Positions 1 to 9,811 of a DNA stretch of 23,197 nt are shown here, piece after piece; the first letter of the stretch is position 1, and the number at the start of each line of letters is the position of its first letter. The stretch covers positions 3,510 to 26,706 of the forward strand of contig MTSL01000192.1 in NCBI GenBank assembly GCA_002794465.1. The letters are read 5' to 3'. The DNA is from Paramicrosporidium saccamoebae KSL3 (taxonomy: Eukaryota; Fungi; Cryptomycota). Under the pieces are notes generated by a model. That model saw only the letters and a program-made list of their open reading frames with translations. It searched no databases and was not told the origin of the DNA. Position numbers and translations under genes: made by a program.

Positions 1-1923
1 TGAGCCATCTTCGTGTGGGGTCCAGTTTGGATTGTTACCGACGAAACTGATAAATGACTTTTCCATCTTGCCCTGACGAGTATGTTGACGCTTGTCAGTG
101 CCAGCGCCGCCATACTTTTTGTTTCCATGGCGTTGAAAATCAAACAGAGCAAAGGAGCAGACATATCCGATTCCATCCACATGCACTGAAAATTCTCTAA
201 AGAATTCCACCAACTGATCAGTGCACTTTGGTAGGGTGACTAGCAGAACAAATGGCGTAGTAACTACGCTGACAAGTTCTTTAAACAGGATCGTAAACTT
301 GTAGTTGAACATGGTTCCAAATTCTTTTCTGATATTGTCAGTGTGTAGCTTCCCCTTCCAACTCCTCGGCATGTAGTGTGTATATTCTGCTATGTCGTTC
401 ATCAGCTTTTCGGGATCGCTACTTTTGGTTGAATCTGGTATCATTGACCGACAAATGGTCAGAACAACACCGAGTAGTCCAACATACCAAATGACACTTT
501 TGCCCAAAGTAATTTCGAAATGCATCAGTAAGTCTTCATTGGCAATGGTAATACCAATGAGGACAACAGCCAACGAACCAGCAATGAAAGAAACTAATCT
601 GGCAAACGGGTCGAAACGGCTAATTTGGAATTGATCTATGTACTTTGTAGCCTTTCTGTGGCTGTTGGCAAGCCGTCGGTTAAAGTAATGAGGGAGTTCA
701 TTGAACTCACGAAGCTTCCACCTCGCTGCCGTCGTATACTGCCGCATCCCTATACTTTTGGGATTCCTATAAAGCTCCTCTCCATAGCGAAAGATAAAAT
801 AGGCAAGCAGAAAGACAAATATAAAAGGCGCAAGAAATAGGTTGATCAGTCCCATAATAAGGAAACGTTTCTGCAGACCTTGTGATAGCTTTTCTCTCCT
901 AACATCTTTTAGAAACCCACGACGAATCGAACAACTCTCATCAAAGACAAAGTTAAGAATGCAGAATGACAGATTCCACTCGAGTGTTTTTGTCAATCCA
1001 AAAGACTGCCCAAACATGGGCACTTCAGTCTGGATCACCTCCTTGTTAAACAAAGCAATCAAGTAATTCTCCCTCCGCATAATGCGATTGGAGACGTCAT
1101 AGGCATTTAGACGATCGACTGAAACTGGGTGCTTCTTTTGAATTTCAACAACTTTGTCAATAATTTCACTAAATTCCGTAGTGCTGATGAGCTCCTCAGG
1201 GACTGTAAGCAACTTTCCATAAAACCTCCTCATCCTTGCCAGATTCGGAACATCTTGCACGAGACGAATGAATTGCCAAATCAAGACTCCGTAAAAGGAA
1301 ACAACAGAAATCATTGCTAATAATGGCATCCTATAAGTGAGTCACTCCAGCACAATGTTTACTGCAAGAGGCCATACAGACTTGTGACTTGGGAGAGAGT
1401 CGGATGGGAAGCTGCCGTTGCCGGCCTATGTACAAAGGTCCAGTCCACACAGTATATCAGAAAGACAGAAAACCCAATTAGAAATCCAAGGATTAGTAAA
1501 TTGCACATTCGTCCCAGGAGAATCCCGTAGAAGCCGTTCCCCTGATAATAGGCATACATCTAATAATAGTAATGAGAACAAAAATAAGGTTACCTGCTCC
1601 AGAAAGGTATCGACATTGCCAATCTGCTTCCATTCCCGCAGTGCACGCTCTCTTTCCGGGTCATTGTCCTCTTCATCGGGTCGCTCCACCAAGTGCTGCA
1701 TCTCAATGACCGCAGTGGGTGTTTCGTGCTCATCATCGGGACTCATCCGAAATGGCGGTGGTTGTCTCGCATCAGCGCCCACCCAGTCACTCACAAACCG
1801 CAGAATTGACCCGATCATGGGTCGGGACTCATCCTCCATGCTATCTGCCATGTCCACAGGCTCGACGGCTCGTCCACTAATCTGCGACACTCCGTACGCT
1901 GAGGGCCAATCATGCTGGCTCAT
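1..1923 (-). CDS. ATG9: Autophagy protein Atg9 (3' end runs off the window); introns 1560-1593 (34 nt) and 1331-1362 (32 nt)
   Basis: Spliced translation gives ERALREWKQIGNVDTFLEQ|MYAYYQGNGF, LNAYDVSNRIMRRENYLIALFNKE, LTKTLEWNL, ARWKLREFNELPHYFNRRL, HVDGIGYVCSFALFDF and GKMEKSFISF, all Atg9-family motifs. The frame is open from 1330 to base 1. The start Met (1923) is a best guess; downstream Mets are possible. Confidence 0.95.
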
Positions 1924-1986
1924 CCTTTTGAGCCAATTGGAGCAGTTGAAAATTACCATATTTGGTAGGTGGATGGGTCGTTCCGA

Positions 1987-2636
1987 ATGCACGAACTGGT
2001 AGCCGTGGTGGACATTGCTGCTTGGAGGGGAACAGATGTCTGCAGTGAGCTCCAAAAGAAGGGCTGGTCCGTATCGAAATGTAGCGGAGCTCTGAGGGTA
2101 TATTGGGTGGGTTGGAGTAATGGATAGTCAGTATTTCTTCCCAAACACAAAATTTCCATTGTCACCAGCACACTTGAGCCCGAATGTGTAGAAAAGGCAA
2201 TTGAGCGGTAAACTCTCAGTGTGTCAGTTTGATGAATTGTAGTCGAGACATGATTCAAGAAAAGTGTGACAATGTTTACATTGTTCTAGCATTTGAAGAT
2301 CGAATCGACAACCTTTCAGCTGCTCTTAAAATGTGCGAGGGACGTGCATGTGTTGTCGATAGTGCCAAGCTCCTTGCTGATTTTGTTTGCAATGTTACCA
2401 AGAACGAGCCGCTATCAGACACAAAGGACACTGATTTCAAGAAATTAATTCAGATAATGTCTTGGCAGAGTGAAGGCCTAACCACGCTCCAAGTCGATCT
2501 CCTAGCATCGCATTATTCCTCTATTAAAGAGCTTGCCCATGCGGCCCGCCATATATCCAGCCAGCAGCCAGAACCACTTGTAGAGGCACTTTCTGCCATA
2601 TCCCAGTTCCTCGATCAAGACTACTACGTAGAATAA
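1987..2636 (+). CDS. Non-catalytic XPF/ERCC4-family subunit with HhH-like C-terminus (FAAP24/ERCC1/SPO16-like), 194 aa; introns 2098-2127 (30 nt) and 2208-2242 (35 nt)
   Basis: Two GTA...TAG introns join MHELVAVVDIAAWRGTDVCSELQKKGW to the 2229-2636 ORF in frame. AWRGTDVCSELQ recalls FAAP24 KWRGSQLAQEMQ, and LLASHYSSIKELAHA recalls FAAP24 LLQKFPSIQQLSNA and ERCC1 LLTTFGSLEQLIAA. Family call is from memory of those sequences. Confidence 0.55.
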
Positions 2637-2719
2637 ACATGATTGGCCGATGGCACGACGTATCCCATTGGCTTTTTACGCACACTTAAATGGTCCAGCG
2701 CAGGGCGATGTATCACATA

Positions 2720-3478
2720 ATGAGATTCTCACCACTCTGTGTAGTCTTACTACTACATGCGTCGGAGGGAGCAAAAAGTCCGGCGGAATGGGTCACGACA
2801 ATCCAAGAATTGAAGGACCCGGACATTCCGGATGGCATCCGCCTGGATCTTGATGGAATCCTGGTAAAGTTAAATAGAGTGTCGGAAGATGGATTCCCTC
2901 CGCCAGGAATCTTTTGTAGTCATCCGCCAGCAATTTTCAATGCATTTGATCCGCTATTGAATGTAAAACCTGTCGTATCTGCGCAAGGAAACATACCGCC
3001 CACTGCCCCTAAACCATCTGTGGGTAACGGACCACCATCCACGGGTAATGGGGTGCCGTCAGTAAATAATGGACCACCTCTGCCGCCATCTGGAGGACCT
3101 CCTCCGCCACCATCTGGAGGGCCACCTCCACCCCAAACTGGGGGACCACCTCCGCCGCCATCTGGAGGACCTCCCCCTCCTCGAACCGGAGGGCCGCCTC
3201 CACCGCCGTCTGGAGGACCACCACCCCCATCTACCACTAAACCTATAACGCCACAACAATATGCCGCCAAGAACGTCCAGCAAACGAAATCGCAACCAGT
3301 AGATTTACTTAAACAGATTCAAGGCGGGATGAAATTGAAAAAAACGGGGCAAGGTCTCGCTCCGAAGAGTCCCACGTCACAGAAAGATGTTCTTGTTCAG
3401 GCACTCGATAAAGTAATTGGCCCGCCAACTGATACAAAGGAAGACACGCTTACAGATACTGACGTATGGAGCGATTAG
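2720..3478 (+). CDS. Predicted secreted proline-rich protein with C-terminal WH2-central-acidic (WCA/VCA) module, 252 aa (in-frame Mets also at 2690 and 2708)
   Basis: Intronless ORF. N-terminus MRFSPLCVVLLLHASEG|A is signal-peptide-like. It has six PPPPP(S/T)GG-type repeats, the WH2 DLLKQIQGGMKLKKT (3302-3346), an amphipathic KDVLVQALDKV and the acidic tail DTKEDTLTDTDVWSD with Trp third from the end. Confidence 0.85.
   Translation: MRFSPLCVVLLLHASEGAKSPAEWVTTIQELKDPDIPDGIRLDLDGILVKLNRVSEDGFPPPGIFCSHPPAIFNAFDPLLNVKPVVSAQGNIPPTAPKPSVGNGPPSTGNGVPSVNNGPPLPPSGGPPPPPSGGPPPPQTGGPPPPPSGGPPPPRTGGPPPPPSGGPPPPSTTKPITPQQYAAKNVQQTKSQPVDLLKQIQGGMKLKKTGQGLAPKSPTSQKDVLVQALDKVIGPPTDTKEDTLTDTDVWSD
3074..3232 (+). 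repeat. 24-nt coding tandem repeat, 6 copies plus a partial copy (PPLPPSGG/PPPPPSGG/PPPPQTGG/PPPPPSGG/PPPPRTGG/PPPPPSGG/PPPPS)
   Basis: Read directly. Units vary mainly at third codon positions, consistent with selection on the peptide. Confidence 0.95.
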
Positions 3479-3524
3479 GAGTTGAATTCGAGCTGATCTA
3501 CAACAACGTATGTTACAGTAAATA

Positions 3525-5009
3525 TCAATTGTTATTTGAGAACTTTAAAAAATCCCTAATTGATTTTTGTCCAGAATCCAAGGGCTGCGAGGAAGCCTTT
3601 CCGTGTTTTTTGCTTTTTGAATATGCCGTATAGGGGAGGGCGAGTTTTTCTGTGCTATATGCAAATGAACGTGCTTTTACCTGCAACGGTGGACAATTCT
3701 CCTGGCCCAATGAGGTGGAGAAGGAGCGTTTAAGCGAGACTCGCGCGGCGTTGATGGCGTCGGTGCGAAGATTGAGCGTCGAGTTTTTACCCTTGTCAAG
3801 ATGAATTTCAAAAGGCAAGACGACAGCTTCGGGCGGAGTGGGGGATTCAAAAATTACCTCGGGAACAGGATCAGCCCTTACAGGTGGCAATCGTCTAAAT
3901 GGTTCCAATGTGTTGGGACACAACTCTCCTTCACAAATTCCCTGTGCATGTGTGTCAGCCACCGGTGGACCCAAAAAACTCCACTGATCGCCGTGAAAAT
4001 CTTCTGCCTGAAGGGGGAGCGGGTTTAGGAAACAAATTCTCCTTTTCTCCCCGTCATACACTCTTTGATGAAGAAAGGTCATCTCCGCCTTGGCAAATTC
4101 CGACTCGTAATCAACGGGCATTTTTGTAGGCATTTCAGCCCTCAATACTTGCAAAACCTATGGAATGAATAAATTGGCAGATGGTACTCTGGAAATATTC
4201 TGGTACTTTGACAGATATTTGTAGGCAGTCTTCAAACCCATCCCGTGTATTGATGGCAAGTAGTCGCACCCCGACAGCATGCACATGTGACGAAACTACC
4301 ATATTAGGCAGAGCAAAGCTACGAACCTTTTGATAGGAAAACATGCTCAGATCCAGTTCGGTTGCGTCGGAAAGCCTGTCAATGCAAATCTCATCAGTGT
4401 TTCCGTCCTTGTCCAGTTTAAACAATACCCGCTTGCATCCAAATAACAGCAAATCAGAGTCCTCTGTAATCACAGCCGACACAGTTCCCATGAGACTCAA
4501 GTAGGCCATTTGCGCATCGGCCTCATACGGCGCCACCACGTAATCAATTCCTGTGCGTTTCAGCTCCTCGATCAGACGAGCGGCCATCCTCGGAGTGACG
4601 TCAACACTCTTTTGGATATGGATATAGGCGGCTGATGCATCGCCAGCGTCGATCAGTTGATGCGCCTTTAGTCGACTGTCTTTTCTCGTCTTTGAACGGA
4701 GCAATTCTTGATGTGACTTCATCGGGAGATGGGCACCATCAAATACCAAAATGGGACGCACATTATAATAAAGAAGAAGACGGACCTTGTTCATACAAAA
4801 TTCCACAAAACTACCAATCAGAAATCAATGTATCCGAATGAATACCTGTCATTTGAACGTCCGTGAAAATGGTCCACAGCACAAGAACCATACACTCCCT
4901 TGTGAAGCCACGAGTAGGCGTCTATGGCAACCGCCTGGCCAGCCAGTTGCTCCAAGTGCACACGTCTGGTGATCGACCGGAGCAATGGCAAGAGTCCATT
5001 AATACCCAT
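3525..5009 (-). CDS. EXO1: Exonuclease 1 (XPG/Rad2 family), 462 aa; introns 4811-4845 (35), 4296-4326 (31), 4158-4187 (30)
   Basis: [53 protein letters not shown], spliced [19 protein letters not shown] and FLHQRVYD. Splicing restores one frame. Confidence 0.95.
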
Positions 5010-5143
5010 TCCCGCTACCGAACAATCGACGCGCGGAAATTTTAACAAATTGCCTATTTGTCTTTAATACTACCATTGGACTACTATTGTACTAGTGGCC
5101 TAGTTTTACATTACTACTGCATCACGATTGCGCTACCATTGCA

Positions 5144-6013
5144 TTAGTTTTGCTTCTTATCCTTGTTGACTGACAGAGCAACGGCTTCACGAAGCCCACG
5201 TAGACCAAAGATCAGAGTGGGCATGACCAGCACAGATCCTACTTTGATGGTTCTGAATGTGTCAAGAAAGATCCAGTTCGCAACGACTAGGCCCAACCAA
5301 GACAAAAAGAGCAAGTAAAAGAGTTTCTGACTGATTGTAAGTGAGAGTATCTTTTTTGCAGGCGATCCGAGAACACCGAGGCGATTCCAAGCGGTAAAGA
5401 GGTACACCAAGGGAAAGAGAGTGATTGCAGTAAACACGGCAGAAATGAGCAAGCCAGTGTCAGGTTTGATAACATTGGAGAAGGGAGGTCGGTTCTCTGG
5501 CTCCCTCTTTTCAAAGATATCCTCGAGCTGATCAGCAGTCCCCTTCTTGTCTCCACTTGCCACATTTGCTCCTGTGAAATCCACAATTCCCATATTCCAT
5601 TCAAACACCCGTGTCGTCGCGTCTGCCTTTTGCGACACAATGATCAGCTTTATTTCGTAGTTGGCAGCATCCAGCAAGGCGTCTTCGGCAGTGAATGTGA
5701 CGCGGCAGAGGTCGCTAGCATCTCGGCCACATAGAAGGGGAAAGTATCCGAAATGCTCCGCATCGGTGCGAGTGAGCACAAAGTTGCTTTGGACGAGCTG
5801 ACAATCGCCTTCCAAGGAAACGGAATACTTGATGGCATCATTTCCCAACACCCTGCGGGCTGGAAGTACTTCTGGATATTTGACTCTATCAGTCAGTTGC
5901 CACACTGAACATTACGACTCAATGGCATTACTGCCCACCCTGACACGCGCCTCTTTGATGGAACATCCAAACGCTGAGCCAGCCAGCGACAACAGTAGAG
6001 GGACGAGCCTCAT
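5144..6013 (-). CDS. SWP1: Oligosaccharyltransferase subunit Swp1/ribophorin II, 279 aa; intron 5886-5915 (30 nt)
   Basis: Spliced signal peptide MRLVPLLLSLAGSAFG. C-terminal ENRPP..SAVFTAITLFPLVYLFTAWNRLG and three hydrophobic helices ending G.RGLRE match the ribophorin II C-terminal pattern. Confidence 0.8.
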
Positions 6014-6111
6014 TACCACTCTACCACCCCTGAAAATGCTCGAATTAAACACTCAATGTTCTCAGGACTTTATAACCCATTCCGTTTATGTACATAATTG
6101 ATACAAGGACC

Positions 6112-6432
6112 CTACTTTTGCGGTGATCTTGGCTTCTTCTTCCTATCTCGGTCTACTCATTAGCCTCATTTTCTCATGTCATGTACCGTGGTTCTTAATT
6201 GCTGCGGCAAAAGACTCGATGACCTGCGACTCGTCTTCTGGTGGGGGCAGCTGTGAAAAGTGCTTCGAGAGCACTTCGGCCAGCTCGTGTTTGTTGGTTG
6301 TGGGCTTCATCCGCACGCGATGCGTCTTTTTGTACTTTCTCAGCGAAGACAGGGCCAATTTCGAAAAATCCACCTAGAATTAGCGTTCAAAATTGACTGT
6401 ACTTTGGGAGCGGCACCCTTCTTAGCATTCAT
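6112..6432 (-). CDS. SAP30: Minimal SAP30-like Sin3-binding protein, 85 aa; introns 6374-6402 (29) and 6153-6186 (34)
   Basis: VDFSKLALSSLRKYKK...KHELAEVLSKHF...ESQVIESF matches the SAP30 Sin3-binding domain pattern. Both introns have CTAAT branch motifs. The spliced end DRDRKKKPRSPQK is NLS-like. Confidence 0.75.
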
Positions 6433-6487
6433 GGCACACGGCAACTCCGACGACGACAAGGGTCGCTTATTGGTTTCGCCGCACTGA

Positions 6488-6500
6488 TGCTGATTGGCTG
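6488..6500. promoter_or_regulatory. CCAAT box (CAGCCAATCA on minus strand) in the SAP30/URA7 divergent promoter
   Basis: tgattggctg at 6491-6500 is a full NF-Y/HAP consensus; a second ATTGG lies at 6469-6473. Confidence 0.5.
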
Positions 6501-6557
6501 ATGGACTAATTTGGGTTTACAACAGCCGGAGCCCGGCTAGAGGTGAGGAACGAAAGG

Positions 6558-8247
6558 ATGAAATACGTAGTGGTTACGGGAGGAGTCATTTCGGGAGTTG
6601 GAAAGGGAATAATTGCCTCGTCCACGGGCGTCTTGCTAAAGGCGCTAGGGATGAGAGTGTCGGCTATCAAAATTGATCCGTATCTCAACATTGACGCGGG
6701 AACCCTAAGTCCGTACGACCATGGTAAGGTCTGGTAATTGAATTGACGGGTTAGGTGAAGTATTCGTTCTTAATGATGGAGGCGAGGTGGACCTCGATCT
6801 GGGAAACTATGAGCGCTTCTTGGATGTAACCCTGACTCGTGACAACAATATCACCACTGGCAAGATATATCAACAAGTCATTGAGAAGGAGAGACACGGT
6901 GATTATCTTGGAAAGACGGTGCAAGTCGTTCCACATGTAACCGATGCTATCCAGGATTGGATTGAACGGGTGGCTGCCATTCCAGTGGATGACTCTGGTG
7001 AAGAACCCGACGTGTGCATCATTGAACTTGGTGGAACGGTAGGAGACATTGAATCAGCTCCGTTTGTGGAAGCGCTGCGGCAGTTTCAGTTCCGCGTCGG
7101 ATTGTCAAGTTTTATGGTGATTCACGTGAGTCTGGTCCCAGTTGTAGGATCCGTTGGCGAGCAGAAAACCAAGCCAACCCAGGCATCGGTTCGTGATTTA
7201 CGCGGGCTTGGTCTTTCTCCTGATGTGATTGCCTGCCGCAGTTCCGATAAACTGGATGCGTCAATTAAGGAAAAGCTGTCCATGTTCTGTCACGTCCCGA
7301 CTGATCAAATATTTGCTGTCCACGATTGCCAGTCCGTTTATCATGTCCCTCTTCTTCTTAAGGAGCAGGGACTTGGAGAATTCGTCAAAGAACGATTAGG
7401 GCTGACTCCTAGAAATAGCAGTGATTATTTTTCACGCTGGACCAATCTTGCCGAGAGTCTTGCCAATCCAAAAGGCACTACCTCAATTGCCGTAGTTGGC
7501 AAGTATACCTTTCTCCAAGATTCTTACCTGTCCATTGTCAAATCACTCAACCATGCAGCCATGGCATGCTCACTAAAGGTCGAGATTAACTGGATCGAAG
7601 CATCGGATCTGGAAGAGAATGAGACAACGCCGGAAAAGTATAAGGAAGCGTGGGCCTTGTTAAAGTCTTCCCAGGGTATTATTATTCCCGGAGGATACGG
7701 AGAGCGTGGAAGCGAGGGAAAGATTTCGGCGTGCAAATATGCGCGTGAGAGTCGTGTCCCCTTGCTGGGACTCTGTTTTGGGTTCCAACTTTCAGTCATT
7801 GAACATGCACGAAATGTGCTTGGAATGAAAGACGCCAACTCTGAGGAACTAGACCCCACCACTCCAGATCCAGTGATCATTTTCATGCCCGAAGTGGACA
7901 AGTCTCAAATGGGAGGAACGATGCGCCTGGGTTCGCGTCTCACCAATTTTGTTGTCAAAGAGTGCAAGTCAAAGACATTGTATTCTGAATTTGCGGGAAA
8001 ACCGATGGAATCTGTGCTCGAGCGTCATCGCCATCGCTACGAAGTGAATCCTAAGCTGATTGCTGATCTCGAAAAGAATGGGCTCTGCTTTGTTGGCAAG
8101 GACGAAACTTTGACTAGAATGGAAATTCTTGAACGCCAAGATCATCCGTTCTACGTTGGCACGCAATTTCACCCCGAATTCTTGTCTCGTCCTCTCCACC
8201 CATGTCCATTGTTCGTCGGCCTCTTGCGAGCATCTTTATCGCAATAG
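6558..8247 (+). CDS. URA7: CTP synthase, 552 aa; intron 6724-6754 (31 nt)
   Basis: [29 protein letters not shown], spliced HG|[21 protein letters not shown], glutaminase motifs [18 protein letters not shown] and QFHPEF. Confidence 0.98.
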
Positions 8248-8373
8248 AAAATAGTAAGGGAATAAAACCACTGATTATCGCAATAGAAAATAGTAAGAGA
8301 ATAAAACAACTGATTATCGCAATAGAAAATAGTAAGAGAATAAAACAACTGATTATTGCAATATAAAATAGTA
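8236..8373. repeat. 39-nt tandem repeat, 3 copies plus a partial fourth (ttatcgcaatagaaaatagtaagagaataaaacaactga)
   Basis: Copies at 8236-8274, 8275-8313, 8314-8352 and a partial at 8353-8373. The first copy includes the last codons and stop of CTP synthase. Confidence 0.97.
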
Positions 8374-8404
8374 GAGATACATATACAGAACAATTGGTTT
8401 GCTA

Positions 8405-9641
8405 TTACAGCTTTTCAATAATCATGGCTGATGCGCCTCCACCTCCATTGCAAATAGCAACACATCCCTTTTGTCCTTTTTGCAGTTGGTGCAGCAAAGT
8501 TACCAACAACCGACAGCCGGAGGAACCGATGGGATGTCCTAAGGAAACACCCCCACCAAATGCATTAACTTTGGCTGGGTCCAGACCCAGCAACTTGATA
8601 TTTGCCAGCGCCACCACACTGAATGCCTCGTTAATTTCCCAAAGATCCACATCTCCCGTCTTCAAGCCCGCCATCTCTAGACACTTGGGTACCGCCAGTG
8701 AGGGTGCGATAGTAAAAAACTTTGGGTCACATTCGGCATCGGCCATGGCTAGGATCCGTGCCAATGGTTTAGCAGGTGTGGAGGCGTGAGCAAGAATAAC
8801 TGCCGAGGCACCATCATTGAGGGTGGATGCATTTGCAGCAGTGATCGTGCCGCTGGGACTGAACACTGGCTTCAGGGATGGGACCTTGGAAAAGTCTACT
8901 TTGTTGTATTCTTCGTCCTCGCTGACCGTCACGGTTCCCTTTCTGCCAAGATCAATGGTTACTGAAGCAATTTCAGTCTTGAAACGGCCGGAAGAGACGG
9001 CACTGCTGGCCCGCTTATACGATTCCATTGCGTAGGCATCTTGTTCTTCTCGACTAATGTTGTACTTTTGGGCAGTCTCTTCGGCACACTCTCCCATGTG
9101 GCTTTTATACTTTCCACATGTGAGGCCATCGTACAGAATGCTATCTAATACTGTTTGATTTCCATAGCCAGCACCCTTCCGCAGGGACGGCAAATAATAG
9201 GGTGCATTGCTCATGCTTTCCATTCCACCCGCCGCCACACTACCCGCCATTCCCAGCGCAATGCTTTGCGCACCCAGCATGACGGCCTTCAATCCCGATG
9301 CGCAAACCTTATTAACTGTCGTGCATATCGTCGATTCGGGAAGACCAGCAAGAAGAGCTGCCTGGCGGGCGGGAGCCTGGCCGACAGAAGCAGATAACAC
9401 ATTGCCCATGATCACTTCATCGACGGTGGGAAGAGCGGAGCGGCTGAGGGCGGATTGAATGGCCACAGAGCCCAGACGTGGCGCGGTAATGCTCGACAAG
9501 GTGCCACGAAAGGAGCCAACGGGTGTCCTTGAGGCACCTACAATAATTACATCCTACATGTTTGCGTTGCTACAAAAGAGTCGGTACTTTAAAGGTGGAA
9601 TACGACCGGTTGAAAATCATCCACTGTTGTTGCGTCAACAT
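8405..9641 (-). CDS. ACAT1: Acetyl-CoA acetyltransferase (thiolase II), probably mitochondrial ACAT1-type, 400 aa; intron 9554-9587 (34 nt)
   Basis: TTVNKVCASG (catalytic Cys), NEAF, GHPIGSSG and AICNGGGGASA. Spliced first exon MLTQQQWMIFNRSYSTFK|DVIIVGASRTPVGSF carries an RSY|S presequence-like motif. Confidence 0.92.
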
Positions 9642-9811
9642 GATTCGTCAACAAAGCATTTATATATTCTCAATGTGACCAAGGGCAGACCGGAAAACTA
9701 GAAATTGTCTCCTTGATTGGGAAACGCGATACTACCGCAATAAAACTGATCGCTCTAGGTAATAGTGGAGTGGTTGATTGACCAACTAGGAAAGCAGAGC
9801 CAAGTGGATCC

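Noticed and set aside
1418-2002. 194-aa plus-strand ORF
   Set aside because: Antisense to ATG9 exons with a non-ATG start and no recognisable motif.
2920-3295. Gly-rich and Arg/Trp-rich minus-strand ORFs (2920-3270, 3009-3230, 3059-3295)
   Set aside because: Antisense shadows of the polyproline repeat; third-position variation preserves the plus-strand peptide.
8236-8373. 39-nt repeats as a CRISPR array
   Set aside because: Copies are contiguous with no unique spacers, there are no cas genes, and the context is eukaryotic.
8169-8393. 74-aa minus-strand ORF with [13 protein letters not shown] repeats
   Set aside because: By-product of the stop-free 39-nt repeat; overlaps the URA7 3' end and starts at a non-ATG codon.
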